Below are positions 9,769 to 20,296 of a stretch of 64,000 nucleotides of DNA, piece after piece; the stretch's first letter is position 1, and every line of letters begins with the position of its first letter. Location: NCBI GenBank assembly GCA_964252545.1, contig CAXUNX010000001.1, positions 18,552 through 82,551 of the forward strand, read 5' to 3'. Source of the DNA: an uncultured Acetobacteraceae bacterium (GTDB lineage Bacteria; Pseudomonadota; Alphaproteobacteria; Acetobacterales; Acetobacteraceae). Position numbers and translations under genes: made by a program. The notes below the pieces were generated by a model, which was given only the letters and a program-made list of their open reading frames with translations, was not told the origin of the DNA and ran no database searches.

Positions 9769-10195
9769 TCCGGGTTCGGCTAGGGGCCGGCTCACAGGCT
9801 CAGCCGTCTACAAGTCCCTCGACCAGCAAACCAGCGGCGGAGGCATGTTCATGGTCTGAGCCTTCGACGCAAGATTGCACGCATCCTCGGCGAGCCCGGC
9901 CGCATCATCGCCACGCGTTCAACGGATGCGCATGCGGGCGGTGCTCAAAGCCGATATTCGGACCTTCATCGTCAAGGTCGACGTCACGATCATTGTTGGA
10001 GAGTTGAAGTCCGGTATTCGTGTAGCCGGAGAACGATCCGGCGGTCTGCATTATTGAAGCTGGCTGCCGTGCTGGTGAGGGCGATGCATCAATGCCGCCT
10101 TCTCGCCGTCCCAGGCGGCCGGCATCATGCGCTTTGTCTCAAGATTGTGGCTCTCGCCATCTGTCGGGTGGATGGTGGGATGGCTGATGTCACGC

Positions 10196-10963
10196 TCATT
10201 GGATCGTAAAGCCGCCATCCACGACCAGGTTCTCGCCATTGATCATGCCGGCTGCCCCGCTCGCGAGATAGAGCACTGCCAGTGCGATCTCCTCCGGCTG
10301 CGCAAAGCGTCGTGTCGGAATGCGCAACTTCATCGCCTCGCCCGGCTCGCCCGCCCAGACCCTCCGTCCGAGTTCGGTCTCCACAACGGTCGGGCTGATT
10401 GCGTTGACGGTGATGCCGCTTGGTCCCCATTCCAGCGCAAGCAGCTTCGACATGTTGATGAGAGCCGCCTTTGCCGCAGAATAGGCAACATGGTGAGGCA
10501 GGGCTATAATGCCGGCCTGTGACGCGATGTTGACGATCCGCCCTGAACCCTGCCGGAGCATGGCACGCCCAACCTGACGTGACATCAGGAAAGGCGCGCG
10601 CAGGTTGAGCGCGATATGCGCGTCCCAATCCTCCATCGTGACCTCCTCGGCTGGAGCCAGGCGCGCGATGCCGGCATTGTTGACCAGAACATCAACCCGT
10701 CCGCAGGTCGTCACCACCTGATCCACCGCCGAGACAAGGGCGGCGTCATTGGTGATGTCGACCGCGATGCCGAGATGAGGCGCCTTGCCGCCAAGACCGT
10801 CAGCCACTGTCGCCACCTGCGGGTCACGATCCAGCAGCACGACTCGAGCGCCGCGGAGGGTGAAAGCCTGCGCAATCGCCAGCCCGATCCCCGAGGCGCC
10901 GCCGGTGACCAGCGCTACCTTGCCGGTGAAGTCGAAAACCTTGTCAAAGGCGAAATCTGTCAT
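10196..10963 (-). CDS. SDR, GolD/DthD (D-threitol/polyol dehydrogenase)-like
   Basis: TGGASGIG, NNAG, YSAAK, and a family-like C-terminus ISPTVVETELGRRVWAGEPGEAMKLRIPTRRFAQPEEIA. Confidence 0.75.
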   Translation of the reverse strand: MTDFAFDKVFDFTGKVALVTGGASGIGLAIAQAFTLRGARVVLLDRDPQVATVADGLGGKAPHLGIAVDITNDAALVSAVDQVVTTCGRVDVLVNNAGIARLAPAEEVTMEDWDAHIALNLRAPFLMSRQVGRAMLRQGSGRIVNIASQAGIIALPHHVAYSAAKAALINMSKLLALEWGPSGITVNAISPTVVETELGRRVWAGEPGEAMKLRIPTRRFAQPEEIALAVLYLASGAAGMINGENLVVDGGFTIQ

Positions 10964-11098
10964 GGGACGCGTCCGTTCGCTTGCGGTGAAATCGGGCTGT
11001 CGGAGCCGCCCTCTCTGCTCGATGACCCCGACAAGTCGGCGTCTCCAGACCTTATGCTTTGCCTGCGGAGCATGTCGTTTCAGCCTCGTCGTCAGCGA

Positions 11099-13030
11099 TT
11101 ATCTTGTTTGTGCCAGTCTCAGATAGCGGTCAAACCATGAGAGGCGCCGCTGCCAGGAGTCGAACCGATGTTCGCGTTCTCGCAGGCCGTGACCCTCGCG
11201 CGGATAGACCACGAGCTCGGCGACGACACCGCGTTCCCGCAGCGCGCTATAGAATTCCTGTGCCTGGCCAAGTGGTGTGCATCGGTCCTCCTGACCCTGG
11301 ATCAGCAGCGTCGGCGTGGCTGGTTTCTCCAGCCGATGCAAGGGCGAGCGTTCAATCGCGATGCGGCGGCTTGCTTCGTGCCTCAACGAACCGCCGTTGA
11401 TGAACTCGTGGAAATCATGTTCGCAGCCGTAATGCGAGCTGATCTGGTTGCAGATCGAGAAGGCCGGAACCGCAGCCTTGAAGCGGTTGGTCGCGGATAC
11501 CGCCCAAGCGGAAAGATAGCCGCCATAGCTGGCGCCCGTGACACCGAGCCTTTCCGGATCAGCCAAGCCGATATCGATGCATTTGTCGACGCCCGCCATG
11601 ATGTCGTCGAACTCGGCGCCCGCCGGGTCGCCCAGGTTCATACGGGCAAAGGCTTGGCCCCAGCCGACATTGCCGCGGTAATTCGGAACAAAGACAACAT
11701 AGCCGGCAGCGGCGAAACCTAATGCGCCGCAGGGATCGAACCCGTACTTGGTCGACATGCATGGGCCTCCATGGATATCAACAATCATCGGATGCGGGCC
11801 TGGCCCGAGGCTTGATGGCACGTAGACGAAGGACTCGAGCGTCAAGCCATCTCGAGCCTTCCAGGTGAGGTGCCGGACTTCGGGGTAGTCGGGAAATCCG
11901 CTTGCGACGGCCCCATTGATATCGCTCAGCTTGTTCCAGTCGGCGGACCGGTCAGCCTTGTGGAAGATCTCCTGCGGGTTGCCGATTGTCTCACGCACGG
12001 CGGCGAACATCTTGCCGTCTGGTGAAACCGCCATCTGCGCGACAAAGGCGGACTCGCCGATCGTGGCATTCTCGCTGGCCTGCCAGGTGACCTCTCCGGC
12101 AGTGGTGACAATGCCGTAGACCGTGCCGAGGCCTTGCCAGCCAGTGAACCAGAGGGAACCGGCGTCAAGCCAACGCAGCGCCGTCACATTGGAGTGCTGG
12201 TCGGCCGCCAACGTCGACAGGGCGTGAGTTGCAAGATCAAGCACCTGAATCTCGCCAGCGACAAGGCCGCGGTCACTGGACCAGCCTTGCAGGAAGGCCA
12301 CCCGGCTGCCTGTCGGATCGGCTGCAAGTCCCTGAACCTGCCAGTCGGTTTCGTGAAGCATGGTTGTGCGGCGGCCCTGGAAGTCGATCCGCACCAGTTT
12401 CGGGTGATGCCAGCCGCGCTCGCTGGCGTCCGCCGAAACCACGGCCACCGCGCCCTGCGGCACAAGACAGAACTCCCAGACGGTCAGGTCGCGAGGACCG
12501 ACTTCCTCGGTTTCACCGGTTGCGATCGTGATCCGGAAAAGGCGCCGGAGCGCAGGCCCGGGTGTAGTGACTTCCGGGTCCTGCGGCTCGCCCCACCACA
12601 GCCGGGTTGCGCCGCTGGTGGCGCCGCCATTGAGGCCGCGATCTGCTGAAAGAACAACGATCGTGAGACCGTCGGCGGCCCAGGCGAAATCCTCGACGCA
12701 GCCAGGAACGTCGCCGATGGGCTGGGCTTCGCTGATCTCGGCTCGGAGAAGCAAGAGTTCCATCTTGCCCGGCATCCGCCGGTCAGAGATGAAAGCGATG
12801 CTGTCGTCCGCAGGCGACGGTTTGGCCGCGGCGTCGCTGTTGGGACCACGGGTAATCTGCGTCGCCGCGCCATGGACCCCGAAGCGCCAGATGCGGCTTG
12901 CGGAGGCTTCCCCCTTCGGCGCACTCGCCGGTCGGATCGTCGCCAGCAGTGAGCCGCCAGTGCGATCAAACGTGAGACCGGAGATGAATTGCAGGCGATC
13001 AAGCCAGGAGATGGCCTCGGGAAGAGCCAT
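11099..13030 (-). CDS. S9 family peptidase (acylaminoacyl/dipeptidyl aminopeptidase)
   Basis: N-terminal beta-propeller, IHGGP, NYRG, GASYGG, EDRC, EGH catalytic triad. No signal peptide. Confidence 0.9.
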   Translation of the reverse strand: MALPEAISWLDRLQFISGLTFDRTGGSLLATIRPASAPKGEASASRIWRFGVHGAATQITRGPNSDAAAKPSPADDSIAFISDRRMPGKMELLLLRAEISEAQPIGDVPGCVEDFAWAADGLTIVVLSADRGLNGGATSGATRLWWGEPQDPEVTTPGPALRRLFRITIATGETEEVGPRDLTVWEFCLVPQGAVAVVSADASERGWHHPKLVRIDFQGRRTTMLHETDWQVQGLAADPTGSRVAFLQGWSSDRGLVAGEIQVLDLATHALSTLAADQHSNVTALRWLDAGSLWFTGWQGLGTVYGIVTTAGEVTWQASENATIGESAFVAQMAVSPDGKMFAAVRETIGNPQEIFHKADRSADWNKLSDINGAVASGFPDYPEVRHLTWKARDGLTLESFVYVPSSLGPGPHPMIVDIHGGPCMSTKYGFDPCGALGFAAAGYVVFVPNYRGNVGWGQAFARMNLGDPAGAEFDDIMAGVDKCIDIGLADPERLGVTGASYGGYLSAWAVSATNRFKAAVPAFSICNQISSHYGCEHDFHEFINGGSLRHEASRRIAIERSPLHRLEKPATPTLLIQGQEDRCTPLGQAQEFYSALRERGVVAELVVYPREGHGLREREHRFDSWQRRLSWFDRYLRLAQTR

Positions 13031-13129
13031 GACAGGTCCTCAACGTTGACACGAACGGATCTGGCGGCCGATCCTGTGCATCATTCGAGCTGTTCTGGAC
13101 GCGTTTACCGCGGCAAGGGACAAGGGAGC

Positions 13130-14908
13130 TCAATCGCGGGCGAGCGGTCTGCAGGCCGTCTGCAGCCATGCGCCCGTAACGGCGTCCACCATCGGCAACA
13201 GACTGGTCTGGACCAGGGCATGGTAGCGATCAAGCCAGCGTCGCTCCCGCTCGTCCAGCAGCGGCGGCAGGATCATCTGGCGCTGGAACGGCGCCAGGGT
13301 GAGCGGCTCGAAACGCAGGAACGGCTGGTTTTCGGCACCGACCGTCGCGGGCACGACTTCCATCGCATTCTCCAGTCGGATGCCGTGCGAGCCGGGCAGG
13401 TAATAGCCAGGTTCGTTGGTCAGCATCATGCCGGCATGCACCGGTTCCGAGCTCGGTCGCGACGTGAAGGCCGATGGCCACTCGTGAACCGACAGGAAAC
13501 TGCCCAGCCCGTGTCCCGCGCCGTGGTCGAAGTCGAGACCGGCCCGCCAAAGCGCGAGCCGCGCCAGACTGTCGAGACGGTGCCCGCTGGTGCCATCGGG
13601 AAACATCGCGTCCGCAAGCTGGATGTGTCCTTGCAGCACGCGTGTGAACTGATCGCGCAGATGCATCGGCGGTACTGCATCCCCAAGCCAGACGGTGCGG
13701 GTGACGTCTGTGGTGCCGCCGGGATACTGGCCGCCGCTGTCGATGAGGTAGAGCTGTCCGGCCTGCAAGGGTGCGGCGGTTTCGGCTTTCGGGTGGTAGT
13801 GCATAAGGGCCGCGTTCGGGCCGGTCGCCGAAATCGAGTCGAACGACGCCATCGCGCACTCGCTCGATTGCAGCCGGAACGCCAGCAGCCGCTCGGCCAC
13901 TTCGAGCTCGGTCCGGCCAATCCCCTCGGCCTCGACCCATCGGAGGAAACCGCAAAGGGCGGCGCCGTCGAGCCGGTGGGCGGCGCGCATGCCGTCCCGC
14001 TCCGCTTCTGTCTTGCAGGCGCGCGGCAGAAGGCACGGATCGGGCGCATTGACCGGCCGGGCGCCGAGGCGCTCGAGGGTCTGCGTGAACCAGAGCGGCG
14101 TGCGCGCGGGATCGACCCGCACCTGCTGGCCATGCAGCAGAGTGAGCGCGTGCTCGATGCCGTCCGGCTCCACCAGCGCCACCTGTGGTCCAAGGCCTGA
14201 ACGAACAACTTGCGAAATCCGGCCAGGATCGACGAAAAGGCACGCGGTCGCATCGGCACGCACCAGGGCATAGGCCAGCAGGACCGGCGTGTGGGACAGG
14301 TCGGTGCCGCGAAGATTGAACAGCCAACAGATCGAGCTTGGATCCACCAGGATAACCGCATCCTGCTTGTCTCGGCGGAGCGTCTCCGCGATGGCTGCGC
14401 GCTTCGCCTCGGCGGAGCGCCCCGTCAAACTCTCCGGATGCGGCAGGGCGGGCCCTGATGGAGGCGCCGGCCGATCGGTCCAGATCCGATCCACCAGGTT
14501 GCCGTCTACCGGCGCCGGATGTCCCCATCCAGCGGCAAGCGTTTGCAGCGCGTCGGCACTCAGCAGCATCGGATCATAGCCTATCCGAAGCCCTTCGCGG
14601 CCAAGCGCATCGAGCCAGCGCCCAGGCGGATGCTCGTGAACATGCCAGTACTCCCAGAGCGCGCCATCCGTTTCCTCGGCGATCTGCAGCATATAGCGGC
14701 CGTCGGTGAAGAGTGCGGCGCGGTCGGCCAGCACGATTGCCGTGCCGGCGCTGCCGGTAAAGCCGGTCAGCCAAGCCAATCGTTCGGAGGAGGGCGCTAT
14801 GTATTCGCCGAGGTAGGCGTCGTTCTGGGGCACCACGTAGCCGTCCAGTCCGAGTTCCGACATCAGGCCGCGCAGGGCGGTCAGGCGATGATGAGTGGGC
14901 GCGGTCAT
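13130..14908 (-). CDS. pepP: Xaa-Pro aminopeptidase (aminopeptidase P, M24B)
   Basis: RLAWLTGFTGSAG, FTDGRY, IDSGGQYPGGTTDVTRT, HGAGHGLG..LSVHE, NEPGYY, GIRLEN. Its ATG overlaps the stop of the upstream GH gene (TGATG). Confidence 0.93.
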   Translation of the reverse strand: MTAPTHHRLTALRGLMSELGLDGYVVPQNDAYLGEYIAPSSERLAWLTGFTGSAGTAIVLADRAALFTDGRYMLQIAEETDGALWEYWHVHEHPPGRWLDALGREGLRIGYDPMLLSADALQTLAAGWGHPAPVDGNLVDRIWTDRPAPPSGPALPHPESLTGRSAEAKRAAIAETLRRDKQDAVILVDPSSICWLFNLRGTDLSHTPVLLAYALVRADATACLFVDPGRISQVVRSGLGPQVALVEPDGIEHALTLLHGQQVRVDPARTPLWFTQTLERLGARPVNAPDPCLLPRACKTEAERDGMRAAHRLDGAALCGFLRWVEAEGIGRTELEVAERLLAFRLQSSECAMASFDSISATGPNAALMHYHPKAETAAPLQAGQLYLIDSGGQYPGGTTDVTRTVWLGDAVPPMHLRDQFTRVLQGHIQLADAMFPDGTSGHRLDSLARLALWRAGLDFDHGAGHGLGSFLSVHEWPSAFTSRPSSEPVHAGMMLTNEPGYYLPGSHGIRLENAMEVVPATVGAENQPFLRFEPLTLAPFQRQMILPPLLDERERRWLDRYHALVQTSLLPMVDAVTGAWLQTACRPLARD

Positions 14909-17271
14909 CACAATGCCGTCTCCGTGGATGTTGGCAAGCAGGCGACGCCGAACACCGGCCCGGCCGAATCGTCGGGCAGCGGTTCGAAACGAACCAGGAT
15001 GCTGTTCTTGCCTGCGGTGAGCGCGGGTGGCACGCCATAGGCACGGTCGAAGAAGATGCCGGGATGGCTTGCGTCGAGCTGTTCGAGCATGACTTCCGTG
15101 CCTTCCACCAGGATGCGAAACTTGCGGTCGCGCTCCTCGCCCCAGTACGTCGCCAGGAGTTTGGATGGGCCGGCCGGTACGCGCATCCGAAACGAGAAGA
15201 ACCCGCCCGATCTGGCGTCGCGACCGCTGCGGCCGCGATAGGTCACCGGATAGGACTCCGCCGACGAAAGCCCATGCTCCTGTTCCGACTGCTTCTCGCC
15301 CGGGCGCAGGATGTCGGTGGCGCGGGCGGCGAGCGCCACTTGCTGTGCTTTTTCGGCGCTCAGGCGTGCTTGTTGGGCTTGCCACTCCGCTTCGGTGAAC
15401 ACCGGAAAATATACGGCACTGCGACGTTCGTGTTGGGAGGCGAAGGCGGTCAGTAGCAGCTCATGCGGCCGGCAGCGCAACACCGGGCGGATGCCGCCGC
15501 TGCCATCGCGAACAGGGCGTATGTGCGCCAGCACGTCCTTGCCCACCAGCACAGGCGCCACCCCCTCGAAGGTCGTCGCCGCCGGCCCGAGATCTGCGGC
15601 CAGCACCGAGGGGCCACGCAGTATCGACACCAGCCCGTCGGAACCCCGCGGGTATTCGAGGCGCAGCCGCATGTCGAGGATCAGCGCAAGCTGGTCGCCT
15701 CGACGCCAGGGCCGGCGGAGCGTGAGGTATCCCGCCGCATCCGGGACGACCGGAATGGCCTTCCCGTTCAGCCGAGCCGTCATATCGATTGACCAGGCTG
15801 GAATGCGCAGTCGCAGCGTCCAGGGCCGCGAGCGATGGCTTGCGGCCACGTTGAGGGTGACGCGGCCTGAGTCGGGATACGCGGTCTTGAGCGACACTCC
15901 GATCCCGTTCCAGTCCAGTCGGGAAGGGACAAAGAGATTGACCAGCAGCGTGTCGGAGCCAGCATGCCAATAGATCGAGTCGCCGTGCTTGGCGTGGCTT
16001 TCCATTCCGGTCCCGAAGCAGCACCAGAAATCATCGACCGGAGACGAGTAGATGCGGCTGGAGCCAGACATCAACGGCGTCATGTAGGCGAACATGCCGG
16101 TGCGGGGGTTCTGCTGCGCCAGGATGTGGTTGAGGTGCGCGCGCTCGTAATAGTCGAAAAACCACGCGAACGGCGTTCTTGCATAAAGCTGCCGGGTCAG
16201 CTTCAGCATGTTGTAGGTGGCGCAGGTCTCGCAGGTCTGCTCGGTGATGTAATGCGCGACGCTGTCGGCGGCGGTGAAGTATTCGCGGTCGCCGTTGCCG
16301 CCGATGTTGTAGCTATGATGCGTCGTCACCGCTGACCAGAATGTGCGGCTTGCCACACCATAATCCCTGCGGCCGGTGATGGCATGCAGATGCGCGAGGC
16401 CGATCACCTTCGGGATCTGGGTGTTGGCATGCAGCTCGCCGAGGTTGTCCTCGCCCCGGCCGAGTGGGTCCAGCGTGCGCCTGTCGTAGATCCGCTCGGC
16501 CAGGTGCCGCCAACGCTCATCACCGGTGCGAAGCGACAGCTCGGCCAGGCTCTCGTTCAGGCCGCCATATTCGCAGACCAGCACCTGCTGCATCTGCACA
16601 TCGTCGAGCCTGTCGAACACCCCGCCGAGATAGCCGGCGAGGCCGGTGCAGACCTCGAGCGCCGCGGCGCTGCCGCAGAACCGATGCGCGTCGAGCAGGC
16701 CGGCGAACAGCTTGTGCCAGTTATAGAGCGGCGACCAGGCGCCGTTCAGGTCGAAGCCGCTGGAGTGGATCTGGCCCGCGGCGATCTCGGCAAAGACCAG
16801 CCGCCCCGGCTCCAGCCGGCCCTCACGGCTGCGCGTGAAGCCGGCGACATAACCGTTTCGGGTTTGCTGCTGGCACAGCACCAGCTCGGAGACGATGTAG
16901 AGGACGCGTTCTTGCGCCTCCGCGTCGCCGGTCTGCGCATGCAGCAGCGAAAGCGCGCTGAGGTAATGACCGAGCGTATGGCCGGCGATGGTTTCCGATT
17001 CCCAGCCTCCATAGACCGCGCCTTTGGGCACCAGCCCGGCTTGGGCCCGGTAGTTGTGCAGCAGGCGGTCGGGCTCCAGACGCATCATGGTCGCGCGGTT
17101 GGCCAGCATGGCGTCGTGGAACGGCGAACAGAGCAGCCGCACGGCCTGCATCGGAACCGGAGATGCCATCGGCGGGGCAGCGGCGGCCGCTCCATGGCCG
17201 GCCATCAGCACGGCCGGGGGCACGCCATGGAGCAATCCCCGCCGGCTCAGCGGCAGCGGACCCGGCGTCAT
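14908..17271 (-). CDS. Tat-exported beta-L-arabinofuranosidase (GH146/GH127, HypBA1-like)
   Basis: SRRGLL Tat motif; GGWE, GHTLGHYLSA, HANTQIPK, ETCATYNMLKL and FWCCFGTG (Zn/Cys active site); C-terminal extra domain. Confidence 0.9.
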   Translation of the reverse strand: MTPGPLPLSRRGLLHGVPPAVLMAGHGAAAAAPPMASPVPMQAVRLLCSPFHDAMLANRATMMRLEPDRLLHNYRAQAGLVPKGAVYGGWESETIAGHTLGHYLSALSLLHAQTGDAEAQERVLYIVSELVLCQQQTRNGYVAGFTRSREGRLEPGRLVFAEIAAGQIHSSGFDLNGAWSPLYNWHKLFAGLLDAHRFCGSAAALEVCTGLAGYLGGVFDRLDDVQMQQVLVCEYGGLNESLAELSLRTGDERWRHLAERIYDRRTLDPLGRGEDNLGELHANTQIPKVIGLAHLHAITGRRDYGVASRTFWSAVTTHHSYNIGGNGDREYFTAADSVAHYITEQTCETCATYNMLKLTRQLYARTPFAWFFDYYERAHLNHILAQQNPRTGMFAYMTPLMSGSSRIYSSPVDDFWCCFGTGMESHAKHGDSIYWHAGSDTLLVNLFVPSRLDWNGIGVSLKTAYPDSGRVTLNVAASHRSRPWTLRLRIPAWSIDMTARLNGKAIPVVPDAAGYLTLRRPWRRGDQLALILDMRLRLEYPRGSDGLVSILRGPSVLAADLGPAATTFEGVAPVLVGKDVLAHIRPVRDGSGGIRPVLRCRPHELLLTAFASQHERRSAVYFPVFTEAEWQAQQARLSAEKAQQVALAARATDILRPGEKQSEQEHGLSSAESYPVTYRGRSGRDARSGGFFSFRMRVPAGPSKLLATYWGEERDRKFRILVEGTEVMLEQLDASHPGIFFDRAYGVPPALTAGKNSILVRFEPLPDDSAGPVFGVACLPTSTETAL

Positions 17272-18866
17272 GCCGCCTCCCCAGACGGAAGCACCAGGCA
17301 CGCAATCCCGCTGCGCGCGCTCCAATGGAAGATCAGCACGGAGAACAAGGCAACCAGAACATCATCGGCCGGGTGGCCGATCAGTCCGCTTCCGCCGAAG
17401 CTGCCCAACCGCGACAGCAGCATCAGGCCGGCGAGCCAGACGAAAAGCCAGAGTGCCCGCCCGTCATCGCCTGCTCCGCGCAGCCGGCTCCAGCCCATGA
17501 AGATGGCGCAGCACAGAAGCTGTATGCCGAGCAGCCATCCCAGCACCGCCCATCCGGTCCAGAACACAATCAGCGAGGCGATCATGAACGACAGCGGCGC
17601 CAGCACCGCAAACCCGCGCAGGCGAAACGGACGAGGCAGTTGCGGCGCGTTGCGTCGAAGCACGGCGGCGGAAAGCGGTGCAAGCGCGTAGCTCATCATC
17701 AGCGCGGACGAGACCACCCCGATCAGCGCCTGCCAGGACGGGAACGGCAGCGTCCAGAACACGGAAAGCGCGAAGCTGAGCCAGAGCGCCGGCCCGGGCA
17801 CGCCGGTGGCTTTGTCCACATCAGCGAAGCGCCGGAAGAAGGTGCCGCCACATGACCATGCATAGAGGATGCGTGGCGTGGCGCTCATATAGACGTTGGC
17901 GGTGCCGCTTGGCGACAGGATCGCATCGGTAATCACCAGCGCGCCGAGCCAGGCGAGACCGAGCGCCACGGCGATGTCGTGGAACGGCAACGCAAGCTGG
18001 CGATCAAGGCCACCCCATCCGTGCTCGATCAGCCTGGGGGGAACGCTGCCGATGAATGCCGCCTGCAGCAGCACGTAGACCAGCATCGACAACAGCACGG
18101 AGCACACCAGGGCGAACGGGATGGTGCGCTGCGGATCGCGTGCCTCGCTCGCCACCGACACGATCGGGGTGAGGCCGAGATAAGCGAAGATGATGCCCCC
18201 GGTCGATATCGCCGCCTCGATGCCGATGCTGCCGCTCGGCATGAAGCCGTGGTCGGTGAAGTTGGCGCGATCCAGATGCGCCAGCAACATCGCCGCCACC
18301 AGCGCAGGCACACAGAACTTGAACAAGGTGAGGAGGTTGTTGACTCGCGCGAAGGTGCCGATGCCGGCGCGATTCACCAGCAGCAGCACGCAGAGCACGG
18401 CAAGCTGAAGCAGCCAGCCGGCCAGCGTCGGGTCGCCCGCGCCATCGCGCGTCAGACCAGGAATCCAGGCGCCGGCATATTGACGCGCCGCAACCACCTC
18501 GATCGAGATCAGGCTCGAAAAGGCGATGGTCGTGACCAGCCCCATCAGGAAGCCGGCAAGCCGGCCATGCGACCATTCCGGATACCGCACGACACCGCCG
18601 GCCTGCGGCAGCGCGGCACCCAGTTCGCAGTAGACCAGGCCGAGCAGCAGCACGGCAATCCCGGCGACGATCCAGGACAGCACGCTGGCGGGACCGGCGA
18701 TGGCCGAGACGTGCGCCGCCGCGAACAGCCAGCCGGAGCCGAAGATCGAGCCGAAGCCGATCATGGTCAGGTCGAGGCCCGACAGCGACCGCCGGAAGCC
18801 GACCTGGTCTGTTCCGGGGCCTGCGCCATGCCGGGCTTCGTTTCCCCTGGCCGGGTGGTTCAGCAT
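17268..18866 (-). CDS. APC family amino acid permease
   Basis: GSIFGSGWLF, ELGAALPQAGG, IIFAYLG, EARDPQRTIP and 12+ TM helices. Overlaps both neighbours. Confidence 0.92.
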   Translation of the reverse strand: MLNHPARGNEARHGAGPGTDQVGFRRSLSGLDLTMIGFGSIFGSGWLFAAAHVSAIAGPASVLSWIVAGIAVLLLGLVYCELGAALPQAGGVVRYPEWSHGRLAGFLMGLVTTIAFSSLISIEVVAARQYAGAWIPGLTRDGAGDPTLAGWLLQLAVLCVLLLVNRAGIGTFARVNNLLTLFKFCVPALVAAMLLAHLDRANFTDHGFMPSGSIGIEAAISTGGIIFAYLGLTPIVSVASEARDPQRTIPFALVCSVLLSMLVYVLLQAAFIGSVPPRLIEHGWGGLDRQLALPFHDIAVALGLAWLGALVITDAILSPSGTANVYMSATPRILYAWSCGGTFFRRFADVDKATGVPGPALWLSFALSVFWTLPFPSWQALIGVVSSALMMSYALAPLSAAVLRRNAPQLPRPFRLRGFAVLAPLSFMIASLIVFWTGWAVLGWLLGIQLLCCAIFMGWSRLRGAGDDGRALWLFVWLAGLMLLSRLGSFGGSGLIGHPADDVLVALFSVLIFHWSARSGIACLVLPSGEAA

Positions 18867-20260
18867 CGGCCTGGCTGTTGTCGCGGCCACCCGGCCGATC
18901 GTCGTGCGGCAACGGCGCGCCCGGAACGGGGGATCCGCCCGAAGCGGTCCGGCCGGAACGGCGTCAGCGCGGCCGGCGATTGCCGCCCGGTCATCAGGGC
19001 GGTGATGATCTCCGCAGTGCGCGGCGCCAGCGTCAGGCCCAAATGCTGGTGTCCACAGGCCACGAACAGGCCGCCCGCCGCGTCGCACCGGCCGAGCGCC
19101 GGCAGATAGTCGGGAAGCGTCGGACGGGCGCCGATCCAGCGGCTGAATTCGGACGCCACCGGAAGCCCCAGGGCGCGCACGTGCGCCTCGAGCCGGGCCC
19201 ATTTGCGAGGGTCCGGAGGCGCGTGCTCGGCGTCGAACTCGACAAACGACGAGGCGCGAAGGCGCCCGCCGAAGCGGCTGACGATAACCGAGCGCTCCTC
19301 GAACACCAGCGGCGGCAGTTCGTAGCCGCCGCCATGGCTCCACTCGATGTGGTAGCCTCGCTCCGCCACCACCGGCATACGGACGCCGACGCCGCAAAGC
19401 AGCCGGTTGGAGTCGACGCCGGCCGCGACCAGGATCTTGTCGGCCCAAAGCATCTCTCCGGCGTCCGCTCCGGACAGCTCGACGCCCTGGCGGCCCTCAC
19501 GCGTCACGACGCGCGAGGCCCGTGCGCGCACCCGCCGGACACCCGCGGAGCAGAGAGCCGCCTCCAGCAGCGCCATGGTTTCGGCCACGTTCCTGACCTG
19601 CCCGGTTCGCTCGAAGCGCAACCCGATCGCCGGACGGGTCGACAGATGCAACGCCACCCGGTCCAGCTCAAACGCCTGCATCGGCACTGTGCTCGCCGTT
19701 CCGGTGTTTGCCCGCCGCCAATCCGTCGATCCCGCAGCCCCCGCCCTCGCATCGTGCCAGATCATGAGGTGGCCGTTCTGGCTCAGAAGCTCCGGCTCGC
19801 CAAGATCATCGGCCAAACGTTGCCAGGCCGGCAGCGCGTCCATCAGCAGACCGGTCAAGGCACGCTGGCCGGATGCCGCCCTGAAGCAGGCGGCGGCGGC
19901 TTGAAGAACCCAGGGCAGCCAGGCCGACGGACGTCGCCAGCCGAAATCGAGCGCCCCGCCGGCAAGGAACAGGCGGCGCGGCACGCTGCGGAGAAACGCC
20001 GGATTGGTCAGCGGCCGCACCTGCTCGACCGCGATATGCCCGGCATTGCCGAAGGAAGCCGGGCCGGACGATGCGAGGCCAGGACAGGCTGAACCAGCAA
20101 GGGCTGGAGCGGGGATCGGCGAGCACGGGAGGTCCGGATCGATCAGCATCACCTCGAGCCCCGCCTCGCGCAGCCGCAGCGCCGACACCCGGCCGACGAT
20201 ACCGCCTCCGACCACGATGACGGTGGACGATGCGCAAGCCGGCTCCGGCTTCCTCGTCAC
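18860..20260 (-). CDS. DadA-like FAD-dependent D-amino acid oxidoreductase (probable D-hydroxyproline dehydrogenase)
   Basis: VIVVGGGIVG, ASFGNAG, ERGYH, WIGARPTLPDYLPALG, GHQHLGLTLA. Located in the Hyp cluster. The start (GTG 20260) is approximate. Confidence 0.8.
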   Translation of the reverse strand: MTRKPEPACASSTVIVVGGGIVGRVSALRLREAGLEVMLIDPDLPCSPIPAPALAGSACPGLASSGPASFGNAGHIAVEQVRPLTNPAFLRSVPRRLFLAGGALDFGWRRPSAWLPWVLQAAAACFRAASGQRALTGLLMDALPAWQRLADDLGEPELLSQNGHLMIWHDARAGAAGSTDWRRANTGTASTVPMQAFELDRVALHLSTRPAIGLRFERTGQVRNVAETMALLEAALCSAGVRRVRARASRVVTREGRQGVELSGADAGEMLWADKILVAAGVDSNRLLCGVGVRMPVVAERGYHIEWSHGGGYELPPLVFEERSVIVSRFGGRLRASSFVEFDAEHAPPDPRKWARLEAHVRALGLPVASEFSRWIGARPTLPDYLPALGRCDAAGGLFVACGHQHLGLTLAPRTAEIITALMTGRQSPAALTPFRPDRFGRIPRSGRAVAARRSAGWPRQQPGRC

Positions 20261-20296
20261 GGCTTCCAACCGACGCCCTGCACGCAACGTTGTTCC

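Noticed and set aside
14909-15385. Apparent 158-aa N-terminal extension of aminopeptidase P
   Set aside because: It overlaps the GH146 C-terminus. The real start is the coupled ATG at 14908.
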